From NCBI GenBank assembly GCA_951406725.2, contig OX597814.1:72292001-72356000 (forward strand): a DNA stretch of 64,000 nucleotides, in the 5' to 3' direction. The notes below the pieces were generated by a model that saw only the letters and a list, made by a program, of their open reading frames with translations, made no database searches and was not told the origin of the DNA. Source of the stretch: Octopus vulgaris (Eukaryota). Within the stretch, counting starts at the first letter, position 1; the number at the start of each line of letters is the position of its first letter. This document shows, piece after piece, positions 12,601 to 27,400 of the stretch. The position numbers were made by a program, and so were the translations under genes.

Positions 12601-15600
12601 TACTGTTCTCGGCATGCTCTTCTGTTGCCAATCTTCCAGTGTCTCATCCCCAGTATTTGCTCTTTACTTTCTGCTCAATCTTTCATCTCCTCAACTACAT
12701 TTCTTCAAAAAAAAAAAACTTTTTCTATCTATAGTTTCTTTTCAATGTCCTAAAATCCATCAAGCTAACAAACTTTTTAAAAATCTAAAAATTGACATCT
12801 CTTTTAAAGATACTTTTCAGTTTGAAGATGTCCAAGTTTTCAGTCTCATCTGACATAAGCTAATAAAGAAAAAAGTTCTAAAAATATGGAATGAAATGGC
12901 TGTAAATTGCTCTCAGGGGAATTTCAGTAAAAAATAAACTTAAACATCTATAGGAAATAACTTTTGAGATATATTTTACAACTGAACCTGAATGACTCAC
13001 ATGCTAATACTTCTACATAAATAATGCATACAAATGTATATATCAATTATATGGAAGAATTTAACTAAAATAATTTTTAGCACTTAAGTTTACTGTAATA
13101 GAGTGAAAAAACCCATAAAGATATAATTAAATTTACATTAACCCTATATGATAAGTACTTTTATTTTAAAAAGCAAGTTCCTAAATGGATTGGATTTTCT
13201 TTTTCCCTTAAACTAAGACATCTGAATGTAATAACAGTATGAAACCAATAAATTTTTAATTATCTCTGAACCATATAGCATAGCTGTAACATATAGTGCA
13301 AAAACGTAAATATATAAGTTTATGGGCATAGATATTCTAAAAGTGTTAGGAACAAAGTATTTCATAGAGGAATATAGCTTATCCCTATATCGTTGATTTA
13401 CTTCTACAGAAACCTGATTAAGTGTTCTATGAATTACTGGCTACCTTCTTATCTGTTCAATGGTATTTCACTCTAGAAATCAACATTCACTGAAAATGAA
13501 CAGAAAAACAATTTTTATGAGATCCTCTTGTAGACCACTATGATAATGAATTACAGCAATTCATTATCATAATTACCTCTGCCAAGGAAAGAGGTTATGT
13601 TTTCATCGGCATTGGTTTGTCCGTCTGTATGCAAAATAACTCGAAATGTTGTGAACGGTATTTAATGAAACTTGCAGGAAAAGTTGGTAATGACACAAGG
13701 AACAGATGATGACATATTGGTAGTGATCCAGGAAATTTTATGGATTCTTGAAGAATTTTTCAATTGTTATATTTATTTTACATGAAGTGTTACAATGTTA
13801 CATTCTTTGATTATCTCCCTTGAAAACACATTCATCATTTCCACATAACCTATGGTGGCATTGCTGTTTCCAAAGTTTATTTTCATTTCTCTATTAGTAA
13901 TTTTACCCATGTATCTATCTTAAAATGAGCTGCTTGGTGGAGATCTGCGCTCTCTGAGTGCTTTTCTAGCTAACAAATGTAATCAACATGTTGGGCAACA
14001 TTTTGATGACCACTCCAACATACATGGAGGCTATAGATATGATACAAAGAATGAAGAGGAATCAAGGTTTGTAGAATTTTGCAATACACATAAACAATTC
14101 ATTTGCATCGTATAAAAGTCACCTCAATCTTCAATTTGAAATTACAGGGAGCTTTTATCATCAACTGCTACAATTACAGGGAGCAGTTTCATTGTCAACT
14201 GCTACAAAGGCAAAGGTGATCTCTACACATAAAATTAATGGACCATATTATTAAAGTTACAGAAAGAATTGTAGCACAACTGATTAGAAAGAGAATTAGC
14301 ATTAATGAGGTATAGTTCAGGGTTAAAACAGGACTGGATACTACTGATGCTTTTCTCCTAGTGAAACAACTGTAGGTGAAGTATTAAGCTAAGTGAAAGC
14401 CATTCAACTTAGCTTTCATTGGCTAGAAAGGTTCCCATGCTCTGCAAGTCACTAAGAAAGCTTCTAAGAACTATGCATGCCATGTACAGAGGTACTGTCA
14501 GCAATGTGAGAGTCAATAATTTGTTCAACTTGAAAATCAACATAGAGGTAGGTGTTGATTAGGGCTCAATTCACAACTCCCTTCTCTTTAATTATAGTCC
14601 TCCTGGTCATAACGCCGGGATTTGATATCAGCTGCTTATGAAAAATCCTGTATACTGATGATGTTCTCATAGCCATGAATTTCTTTACCATCAACCATTA
14701 TGTGGTTGTGTACTAAAATCCTCTTTCTGTTTCACACAAATACACTCACTACTCTCTTTTATCACTCTGTCATCTCTTTACTTATAACCATCATGTAGAT
14801 GTTTCTCATGCTCCTTCCCTTTTCTTTCTCTCTCTTTTTGACTTTCTCCCTATTCTATACTGTATGTAATAAAGGGTCAAACAAATGGAGACAATGCAAG
14901 GAAGAGAGGGCAAGACAACATCTCTGATGCTAGTGAAAAAAACTGAGACAGCATAGGGTATACTGAACCCTTTAGTCTTAGACAAAACAACCTCACTAGT
15001 GCTGGTGCCATATTATAATGCACCCAATACACTAAAGTGGGTGACAGGAGGAACAACATAGAGCCAGAGAAACCATGCTAAAATTGTAACATATGTGTAA
15101 GATGTGGTCCCTGATTCATTTAGGAAGGCAGTAACTCCAGGTAAAATCTGACTCAAACCATAACAGCCAGCCTGACTCATACCAGCATAGGAGGGCAGAC
15201 ATAAAATGACACTGATGAGTGTTTGTGACAGTGATAACTTTATTCTGGTTATTTCTGTACTTACAGTATTTTATTGCTGTTAAGGACACAATTAAGAGAG
15301 AGAAAAGAAAATTATGTGGTTTCATGAGTCAACGAGAGAGCTACCACATACTTGCTCTGTCAACTATAGCAGCCAAATTTCTTCCAGATCACTTGCCCTT
15401 AATCATTTAAAGCCACCATGACTTCAGAAATTAATAATAATTGCTCCCATGCTTTATAATACTCTATAAGAAAAGCTGACAGGAGCTATCAAACAGCATC
15501 AACATTGACTGACCTACATAATTGACCTAACTGGTTTCAGTCATTGGATTGGAACCAAATTCTTGGGTATAGTTCATTACATTGACCCCACTACTTATGT

Positions 15601-17812
15601 TATTAAACTCAGAAGGATGAAAGGCAAAGTAAACTTGGTGGGGATACTACACAGTATTTTATTTGATTGTTTGTTGATTCTATCATCTGAAATTTGCTTT
15701 TGTAACTTTTATCATTTGCTTTCATCCTTACCTCTCTATAATAACTTGTCATACATATAAAACTAACCATACTAACTATTCTACTGAAGTGACAATGCTT
15801 TTGTTGTTGTAATAAGTTACATCCAAACTGAAAGGATTACATTACTGTGAGAATATATTGCAGCAAACTACATAAAAATTGGTAGTATTTCAACTTTTAG
15901 TTCACTGTCATTAATGTATTTCTATGTGATGGTGGCAGTGGTGCTGCTGCTGTTTTTCTTATTGTTCTTATTTCCATGAATCACTAAGTGTTAAGAACCT
16001 GGTTGTCTAAAACAAGATTATTTATGTATCAACTATTTCACATCATCTCTTGTATGAAACAAGATCAATTGGAGACTAATCCAGCAGATAGAAGAAATAA
16101 GTTTATAATTGACAATATGTTCACCAATGTATTCTTTTTTGCTGTTTCTTTTCTTACTTCAAAACAAATTCTCATTTTCTTCCTAATAAACCCGATATTT
16201 TCCATCAAACATCTCTAAATACTATTTTAGCCTGTTTATGATACAATGTCATTAATACTTCCAGATAAGATTTTAGATCTAAATTCAATCTTCTTTGTTT
16301 ATTTTATAACTTGTAATTTTATGCTCTAGGATAATATCTATTCCATTTTTTCTCCTTAATATAAAACCAATTTCACTTTCAACTTGGGTAAATTTTCTTG
16401 TAGGAGCTAACAAACAATTACTATAACCTACAGGCTTTCTGCTGCCTATTACAGACTCTGTTTCACAGAGATACATCGATTTTAATGTTCTTTTAACTTG
16501 TTTTAGTAAACACAACTCCAATATGACAAGAAGCTTACATAACACTGTTTCTTTTGTATTTTGGTTTGTTTATGTGGGGCGGAAGTATGTTCCCCATAAC
16601 ATCTTTTTCTATAAATGGAACTTATATCTTTTTTTTTTCAATTTGCAGAGATGAATGTTCTGTAATTCTTGACATCATAGCTCATATCAGATTTTCAATT
16701 CTTGTCTTTTGGTGTCATTCTATTTCTCTTTTAGAAATCCTCCTACATTGCATCACATATGCAGAATAATGTTTAGTAAAAATATTTATGTTTTTACAGC
16801 TAGAGATGCTCTTCCTACCTCTATCACTCATTTTTAAGAATAAGAATGGAATCTGTTTTTGATTCAGTCAAGTAAACTGGTGCAAGATGAATTCAGGTGT
16901 TTTACTAGAGAGAATGGAACATTGGTAATAGTAAAATCTGAACGATCAGCTTTCCAATAGAGATATTCTTAAATTTTCAGAAACTAAACAATGGTTATAT
17001 AATCATCATCATCATCATCATCGTTTAACGTCCACTTTCCATGCTAGCATGGATTAGACGGTTTGACTGTGGGCTGGTGAACCAGATGACTGCACCAGGC
17101 TCCAGTATTGATCTGGCAGAGTTTCTACAGCTGGATGCCCTTCCTAACGCCAACCACTCCGAGAGTGTAGTGGGTGCTTCTACATGCCACTGGCACGGGG
17201 GCCAGTCAGGTGGTACTGGCAATGACCTCACTCGAATCTTTTTACACATGCCAACGGCACAGGTGCCAGTAAGGTGCTTGTAACAATCCCACTTGAATGG
17301 TGCCTCCTACATGCCACCGGCATGGAAGCCAGTTAGCAGCTCTGGCAACGATCATGCTCGGATGGTGTTCTTAGCACCCTACTAGCACGGGGCACAAGTG
17401 CCAATGATTTCAATAATAATAAGTTGTTTGATCGTAACTAGTTGAGCATGTCCCTTAGTGGCTGACGATACATGCATCTCTGATCACAAGCAGAAGTAGA
17501 AGGGGAGCATCATGGCCATGTGTTGAAAGGAATTCTTTGGGTTTGGATAATTCAGCTCTGGAAACATACGTGTTTCATTCAGCATACATAAACAACCCTT
17601 ATTCAGGGATGTTTTGAGCAGGATGGGCTACTTGTCCTGCAGAAAATTCAAACTGGGCCTCACCCGGATATGAGATTACCATGTCATGCACATATGGTTG
17701 TGATGCATGTGCCTGGTGTACCCTTATCGGACAGGTAGTCATGACGGGTATACTGGGCTTTGCTTATTTATGCCTCAGTGTCACTTTGATGGCATGCATT
17801 GCTCTCTCACTC

Positions 17813-17843
<31 letters not shown>

Positions 17844-19728
17844 GACAAGATGAAGAGCATGATACAATTGCAATAGATATTTTATTGGTTGAATAATATT
17901 TCGACAGGAAGCAATGTCTTTGTCAAGTTCAAAATAAAAAGTGATAAAAATTCAAAATTATAGAAATTCAAATCTAAAATATGAACGAGAGCAACTAGCA
18001 TCCATATGTTGATGGAATGACATCATCAGTCTTTAAGTTTCAATTTCATAACTGGCGGAAAGAAAAAGACAGAACAAAAAGAAAGGAAAATGAAAAATAT
18101 TTAATCAAACAGTTTTGTATAAATTTGATGATATTCTCCTGCCATTTTATTCATTCCTCCAGGGCATGATGCTAATATTTCTCCTTATGCATTTTGAGTA
18201 TTGAAAGTGAAGCGGATTCGGAATATTTTCTGAGAATATGCACTTTCAAGTCTTTTTCAAAATTATAAAGTGTTCATCAAGTTCTGTCAAACTACTATTA
18301 TTGTGCCTGATGTCATATCTGTGCCCATTAAATATTTTGTTTAATTGTTCTGTTGTACAACCAACATAAATCAAGTTATGTTTGGTGCATTCTGCTATGT
18401 ACACCAAATGGAAATCTCTACACATCCCACCTTCTGTGTTAATTGTAACATTTCCATTATAATTCCTGATGGAATTAACTTGACTCGTGTTGTTGCACAA
18501 TGAACAGGGCTTGAGGCTGTTTTTCAAGGTACAGTATGCAGATATTCCAATGTTAGTTTTCTTGGAGTCAGAAATAGTTCTCTTATAATTTTATTCCATT
18601 TAAAGGCTACAGTAGGCAGCTGAGGAAATATTTGTTTGAAATGAAGATATTTTTCCACAACATGCTGGTAACTTTCATGCAACTCTTTTGAAATGCCAGT
18701 GAAATTTCAGTGCCAGTTAATTACTAAAGGAATTCTGTCACATATTCTATTGTTTGCTAAAGTTATGCATGGAGGTTTGACTTTCTTTGCTAATCTTAGC
18801 TATCTTATTTGCAATTTCCTTTAATCATGATTCACTGTAACCGCGTTTTACATAATTGTGTACAAAAGCATTTGCATGTTTCCAGTAATCCCCTATGTCA
18901 GTACAAATCCATTTTATCCTCAAAAGTTGGGATTTCGGATTTGACCGAATTATATGATGTGGATGAGTAGCAGTGGAGGTAAATGTGGAATGATGTGAGC
19001 TTGCAAAATAACTCTATCACTATTCTGCCTCCAGAAAACTTAATTTTTGTGTCAACGCTAGCTTTTGTAAAACTAGATGTAAATTTTATGTTGGGCTTAA
19101 AGCCATAGTTTTTAGCATAAAAGTCACAGAAATACAAGAAGTCAATTAAACTATCCTGTGATCCTTCCCTGACAAAAAAGATTATGTTGGACTTAAAGCC
19201 ACAGTTTTTAACATAACAGTCACAGAAATATCCAACCATCTTTTAGATTGGTAGGGTAGTGGGGTAAGACTTCTTTCAGTTGTAAACATGAAAATTGAAG
19301 ACTGATGACATCATTCTGTCAACATGAGAATGCAGGTTGCACTTGTTCAAATTTTTGAATTTGAATTTGTGTGTATCACTTTTCATTTTGAACTTGACAA
19401 AGACAGGCAAGCTGTTGAAATATTCAAACCAATAAAATATCTTTTGCAAACATAGCACTCTTCGCATTGTCTATTTACCTTTGTGATGAATTACATCAAT
19501 CCTTTTAAAATATAATAGTAATAATAGTTATGGCATGGATAGAATAATGGAAAGCAATTGACAATGTCCTACATAAATGGATACTATGGCCTTTGAGATA
19601 TACAAGATATCTCCTGTCATCTCATGATTCTTACAAAATAGCAATGGCCAAGTGGAACACATGTCTCTTTTTAAACTGTAGTAATGGGATGAGCCAGCCT
19701 AACAGCATAAAGGTCAAATGAGGCATCT

Positions 19729-19760
<32 letters not shown>

Positions 19761-22700
19761 CAAATATTGCACTACATGGAAAGTTTGGGCGCCAGGAGAG
19801 ACATGCAGTGTTCTAAAAACCTTCCAAACTTTGGAACAGCTTTTATTTGAAGGCCTTTTGTGTAGACTTGACACTGAGTTTGAGAAAAAAGCACAAACCA
19901 ATATGTTAAATCAATTCTGTGCAATAGAGAAATAATAATGATTTCTAAAGTAGGAACGAGGCCAGGAAGTTGGGGCAAGGCTGATTATATTGATTTCAGT
20001 ATTTGACTGGTCCCTAATTTATTATTAACTCTGAAAGGATGAAAAGCAAAGTTGACTTTGGGGAGATTTAAATTCCAAATGAAAAAAGTTGAAACAAATG
20101 CCTCAGGACATTTTGTCTAAGACTGAACCCAAGAGATTACAAGATGAGAACCCCTTGTAATCATCAAAAATGAGTGCCATGAGTTGTGCTCTAGAAATAC
20201 TTGTTCCACTAATGGCTGCCATATCTATATCTAACAACCTGAGGTCATTGAGCAAGTGACCTTGCTTCCAAACCAAGTGTAGCCATTTAGTTAGGCAAAA
20301 GAAAGTGAAAAGGCTATTTTGATCCAACCTTGTTTTAGATTGGTGGGGTAGTGGGGTAAAGCTTCTTTCAAATGCTTAATGATAATAGTAATTTCAAATT
20401 TTGGCACAAAGCCAACAATTTCAGGGGAGTGGGAAAGTTGATTATATCGACCCGTGTTCATCTGATGCTTATTTTATTGACCCTGAAAGGATGACAGGCA
20501 AAGTCAATGTCAGTGGAATTTGAACGTTAAGGCAGATAAAATGCACTAAGCATTTTGCCCAGTGTGCTAATGATTCTACCAGCTCACTGCCTTCAATAAT
20601 AATAATGATGATGATAATTCTTTCAGCTATAGGCACAAAGCCTAGAATTCTTAGGGAGGAGCTTGTCTTATTTTAATGAACCCTGAAAGGATGAAGGGCA
20701 AAGTCAACCCCAATAGCATTTGAACTCAACATAAAGACAGATCAAATGCCACTTGGGATTCTGTCTGGTGTGCTCACAATTCTGCTAGCTCACCACCTAA
20801 ACAATTGACTCTGTAGATTCAATTGTCTAGACATGTAGTTTTGTATTGTAATACAGCTGATAAAACAAATAAATATGTCAGAAAAATGCATCCAGCTTAT
20901 CTGGCCAGTGTATATAGACAAAAAGTTAAATTCATCATAGAAATTGCATGATAGTGATGAGAACAGCTCTTCTTTATACTGAGCAAAAGGTGCATTTATT
21001 ATATGTAAACACTAAGCATTATTGTGAAGATAACTTAGGTTAAAAATTTAGAGCAATGCATCTGCTTAAAATTGTTTTCATAACAGGACTAAGTATGCTT
21101 GTTATAGGGTGTAATAAAAACACTTCATTTCTTATTTGACAGTCAGAAATTAACTTTTTGCATGAGATTTCAACATTTGTTAATATTTACATTCTACATT
21201 TGTCAATACATAAATGATCCCAGACAAGACATTATATTATATCAAAAGATAATTTTAAAAATAGTATTAAATACAATTAAAATTTACTTCTAAATCTTCC
21301 ATTGATACTGCAAGAGCTATTTTGTAAATAAATGATACTTAATTACAATATTAGTTGAGAGATTGAATTTGTTTGATCTATTTCAAAACAAAAAAGGATT
21401 TCCAATTAGTTTGATGAGTGATATTTTTCTCCTCATTAATTCTTTTTTCCAGAAGTCTTTAATATCTATACTTCTATTGTTTTTAATTGATGCTATGAAT
21501 AATGTTTTTATTATCATTCTACAGAAATTTTCCTAATTATATAAACAAATTATATATAAATTTTTCCATTAAGCTAATTAATTATATTCATATCATTTGA
21601 AGTAGCTGCAGTTGTTGCTGAATAAATGCAAACTTCTGTGGAACATTTATCAGATTATTTATACTACACTTTAAATGTGCTAAATTTTCCACTGTAATAG
21701 CATAACAGATGGTAGCTGTGGTGCCACAGCAGACAATATTACAGTCAGAGTGGTGCTGAAAGTGTGTTGGGCTTAAACTTTTGGCCAGGAATCAGAAGAG
21801 AGTAACATTCCCTTAGAATGCTGTTGCTGTACTCTTGCATGTACTTTTAGTAGTCTTTCCAGCAAACTATTATCTGTTATAAATGTAGACAGCTGAAAGC
21901 ACATTCTGTGCATTCACTATTATGACCATTAATAATTCAACAACATGGTTCTGATTACATGATAAATTGATGATGGTTATAAATTTTCTCTGTCTGTGAG
22001 GATACCCAACCTTCACTAAGCCCATATGAATTTTATACATAACACTATACCAAGAAAGAAAAAAAAATTAGAAATAACAGCCACATATAGTTAACTGGAC
22101 ATTTCTATATAAAAATCAATAGGAGTCTTCCATTAGTTTCACAATACCATGGATCTGCATCTAGAAAGTCTTAGTTTAGTCTTGGTGGCGGAATAGTATC
22201 TACTACATGGATAGTGACTATGACAGGACCAAAACAAAATTGACTGCCTGTCATGTCCTAGTGCTGTTTTTTGTTGATTATTCCCGTCTTTGCCTCGTTC
22301 CATTCTCCAGTGGAAACAATCACCAGCAATGTCCTTTCAATATTCATGTAAATAGACTTCATTTCTCTCTTACAGACATCTTTGAAACAAAGACAAAGTT
22401 GCCCTTATATTCTCTTGCTGGAGGCCAGTTTTCTATACTGCAGATCATAAGATTTTTGTATTTTATGTAGGATAAAGTGTCAGAGCATAGACATTGACAA
22501 GGTTGACGGGCCCATGAGATGTATGGAGTCAGAGCAAGAAAATCCATCTAATCCCTTTCTCACTGGGCTTCATCATCTTCAGCTGTACGTTTCTCACAGT
22601 AAAGACAGCACTATATTTTTTAAAAGTCTCATCTAAACTCTGTAGAAAATGGTATAACTTGTCTCACATTTAGTTCTTGCTAAAACTTCAAATAAACTTG

Positions 22701-23564
22701 AAGTTTTAGCAGTTTTATTGCTAATCATTGCTGTCCTTCATGTGTCACTAAACCTGTGGAGATTATCTGACTGTCCAGGAGCTATAGTCTGTATAAGCCA
22801 GCATCCTAACTTGGATGGTGGTTTCTTTTGTTATCTTGTCATGCCTGATCTAGAAATTAACATCTGTGATTCAGGTTATTTGCTTCCCTAAATTTATTTA
22901 CAAATAGAGAAAGCCTTTACATTCTTTTGAGGAGAAATGTGAATAAGCACAATATTGTTTCTTTCTCTTATCTCCAACCTTTTAAAATGTATGCATCATA
23001 ATTAAATAGTTGCAGTAATTAATAAGTCTGCTTTGCTGTTTTGAAGATATGCTAGTAGTTTCCCCAAATATATATACATACATACATACGCATTTATCTT
23101 TTTTGTATGTATGTGTGTGAGAGAGAGCAAGAGAGTGAGTGCCACTTAGACATCACACTCTCTCTCTCTCTTTCTCTCTCTGTTTCACACACACATACAT
23201 ACAAAAAAGATGTATTCACATGTATTTATATATGTACACAGTGGCAGACTGGGCCTAAAAATATTAGTTGCCAGGAGACTAAGGGGTCCACCTGCAACTA
23301 CAATGCTATCATTTATTTATTTATTTATTTATTTTGTTAAAAGTATTCTTTTCATTTGTCTACAAACACAGCCAGGCAGAAATAATTAATGCATTCTTCC
23401 AGGAGTGAATAAAAAATTCTCAAACTTGAAGGGATGGGCCCCTTATATACTAACATGGGCCTTCATATATGGATTCTAATGGCACAGGGGCCCACTTGCC
23501 ATCAGGCAAGCTTGCAACTTGGCCAGTTCACTACAGTATGTATGTATACATGACAATGCACCCC

Positions 23565-23610
<46 letters not shown>

Positions 23611-24415
23611 TACATAAATGTATACAAACATACGTATGACTGACTGCAAATACAGAGAGCTGAACACGGCGTGCAAAAAGTAAATAAATTAAAACTGGTT
23701 AATGTTTACATCTTGACCCAGAAATGAAAATCAAAAAAAATACTTTAATGGGTGTGAAACAATGTGTGGGAAATGAATATGAAAATATAAATGCACGCAA
23801 AGCAACAGGAAGGTGGGGAGAGGACTTCGGAAAATTCACAAGATCTGAGCTTTTCCCTCATAACATTTAGGAAAATGGGGGTTTTTTTCAATGAAATTTT
23901 ATAGAAATACCTTTCAAATGGCATACATTACGATTATAAAGAAATTTGTGGAGAAAATCTTTTCCAAGTGGGTGGAGAGAGGACTTTGGGAAATTCATAA
24001 AATCTGAGTTTTTCCCTCATAACTTTTAGGGAAATGGGTTTTTTTCAATGAAATGTTATAGAAATACCTTTGAAACAGCATACATTATGACTATAAAGTA
24101 GTTTGCGGAGAAAATTTTGAGGTGGTGAGAGGACTGTCGGAAAATTCCCAAGATCTGTATTTTTCCTTGTTATATTCTGAAATCACATTCAACTTTCTAC
24201 AGATACCCTAGCATAGTACTACTACACTATGTAGTGTTTATTTCTACCCACTTTCAATAATTTTTAATGTTTTGGCTTCAATTTCATTTCATTTTCAATT
24301 ATTTTTATGCTTTTTTAACTCTTCATCATTATTCTCATTCACTCGTTATTACTTTCTCTCTCTCTCCCCCCTCTCTCTCTACATATATATACATACATTA
24401 TATACATACACACAC

Positions 24416-24452
<37 letters not shown>

Positions 24453-27400
24453 TGCACACATATATATGCAGCTATGAGGAAAGACTTGGATCTTGTGAAT
24501 TTTCCGAAGTCCTCTCCCCACCTTTCCGTTGCTTTGTGCGCATTTTTTTTTCATATTCATTTCCTACACATTGTTTTACTCCTATTCCAGTATTTTGTGG
24601 GGGTGGATTTTCATTTCTAGGTCAAGATGTAAACATTAACCAAAACTTTTTATAAAAATGAACAAAGTGAGCAGATTCAAGCGAAATTTGTGAACTTAGT
24701 AAATATTTCTTTCAGTAATTTATTGTAGTTGTTTGCAAATTAAAACTTGAAATGAAAACATTGCTTCGTTGATACTGGAGGTTGACATTGAGAAGCCTTT
24801 TTAAAAAAGTGAATCATATATATAAAGCAATATTATTTATTTTTAATGAAAAAATAAACTGAAAGGCCTAATTGGTATCTGAGGTCGAATTATTCAGGCA
24901 TCCCAAGTATCGCAATTCACACAGCCGTTTTGGCGTGAAAAGCAAACACACACACACATAGGTGTATTTTATATAGGAGATAACAAAATTGTAACAAACA
25001 AATAAAAAATATTTTATATATTATTTAAATGCTTAAGGGATTCTTAAAATAATTTTCTTTGGAAAATAGATGATTATTTGTCATTCTGTTCTGTCTGATT
25101 TACATTTTGAAAGTTTTTGTTAGGTTTAATGATGATGAACTCCAACTTAAATGTTTTAAACATTCAACTTGATTACAAAAAATCAGCCACACATACATTG
25201 GGTAATGATATTTTAACAGTACTTTATTATCTGTATTTGCTAGATTTTCTGGACTAACAGCTCCTCCTTTGGACCTCCTTGGTGCATGTGTTCAAACTCT
25301 CACTCAAGTAGCTAAGAAACATCCTCAAAAGGTATATCAACACAGTTGGTAAAGGCTTGTGCCAACCAATATCTTTTATTTGCATTTTTTAAGTTGTTCC
25401 GTCACTTTTGTGTTTTGGGGGGTTGTGGCATTTATCAAACATTAACCCTTTCGTTACCAGCCCAGCAGAAACTGGCTCTGGCTACAAATGTTTTGTTTCC
25501 ATAAGTTTTGAATTGAAATCTTCCACCAAACCTTAGTCACAATTTATGTTCCTACTAAATTCTATAGTAAAGTATTTAAAGTAATTGAAAGAAACAGAAC
25601 ATCTCAAAATAAATACAGTAATGAAAGGGTTAAGTAAAAGATGTCTTTGATCTCTTTATAGATTATTTGAGTGTAAAAGCAAAAAAATAAATAGAATAAA
25701 ATGCCAATAGTTACTGCTATTATAAAAGTATAAAATATTCTACAAATGTTTAAATTTCGAGAATAAACAATTGTAGTAATAATTTAAATCTTTATTCACC
25801 TGATAACAATCGAAGGTTAGGTGCTAAAATATGCAGATATCTTTACTACATATAGTCCTTCCCAACTAAGAACTCTTATATTATAACAGTTAAATTTAAA
25901 CATTGCTGTTTAATTCACAATGAAATTGTTACCACTGGCCAGAGTTCTCACAGCATTTTAGAGGTCTTTCTTTACATTACCCATCTTAAGACATCATTTT
26001 CATCTCAGTTTATCATTTATGGAGAATTAGCATCAAGCTTTCTGTGAAAACTTACCTGTAGTATATAAAAATGGAGATGGTTTACCTCTCATCTCCCACT
26101 TGCTATAGAAACCTGAGTAAAGTGAAGTAAATATATTCATTCATTATTGCTATGACTAATGTTATTCTATTTCATATCATATTTTCTGTCATTTGAAGGT
26201 TTGGCTAAATATGAAACAAACAGGATTATTGCCATACTTTAGTGAATACCTGGGGAAAAGAGATGATATTTTCAAGTAAGTTCCTTGTAATTCAGTCACA
26301 ATTTCTATATCTTCTTTAGTATTTAATCTGTCTATTTATTATTCTACTAATTATTCCCAATTACAGTAAAAGAAAGAATGAAATTTCTAACTTTTATCAC
26401 CCATTTTAATTCAATTACCTTTATAACTGATCTACTTTTAGCCAGGTTAGTTTAGATAAATGAACTAAAGTACCTTAGTTAAGAATACTACTCACTACCA
26501 ATAAGCATTCAGTTTTGAGTTATGTCATGTTTTGCATATGCTGTTGAATTAATAGGAGTTTCAATCCTAATTTGGAAATTTGATCATAAATAGTTGTTTG
26601 TGTTGCTGATCATGGTCATGATCAACAAAAAGTAGCAAACATTTCTTCTCAAATCAGTCTACAACTCAAATATAATCAACCTTTGAATATTTGATATGCC
26701 TAATCTACCATTATCATTATTATCATTATCATTTTTTAACATCCATCTTCTATGCTGGCATGGGTTGAATAGTTTGCCAAGCTCTCCAGGCCTAAAGACT
26801 GCAACATGTTCCAATGTATGCTTTGACATGGTTTCTACATCTGAATGCCCTTCCTAGCACCAACCACTGTACAGTGTACTGCATGCACTTTTCATAGCAC
26901 CAGAACTGATGCATAACTAAGATTTCTACTGTAGAGAGTGCTTTATGCTAGGAGATGAAAGGTTAAAGTATGGGAGAAGGATGCCAGAACAGAACAAGCT
27001 TCTTGTAGGCAAGCTACTCTTTTAGAATTTAACTTCCTTTTTAAAAATTGTAGGAAAAGAGATTTAGTTCAGCAAACATATAGGGCATACTCTCTGACTC
27101 AGCAATAAGTAAATTCAACCATAAAATAACTAATAAAATTTACAATTTTAACTCAAATGATTCTAATGAACAAGTAAAGTTACTTGTGAAGTATAGGACA
27201 TCTATATGACAAATATAAGTTTTTGGTTTATTTCTATCCTGTGTAAAAATTGCTCCTAATTTTGTTAATGAATTCCAAGTAACAATTTTTTCTCCAGATT
27301 ATTAATTCACTGCAATGGCATTTTTAAATAAGAAACTAGATAAATAAAATATTAAATTACCAAGTGAGTGTTTAAATCAGTTTAATGACTCTTATATAAT

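Noticed and set aside
13539-13571. 14-bp AT-rich stem-loop next to the Helentron end
   Set aside because: Short and AT-rich, so plausible by chance or as an insertion by-product; no terminator or ncRNA role can be supported.
8890-25243. Possible nested gene in the 16.4-kb intron
   Set aside because: The recognisable coding-like segments are TE remnants with stops, and I found no coherent spliced frame on either strand by eye. Small exons could have been missed.
25332-25340. GTAT donors as possible U12-type introns (also 42120 and 61858)
   Set aside because: None matches GTATCCTT, and I saw no TCCTTAAC branch site.
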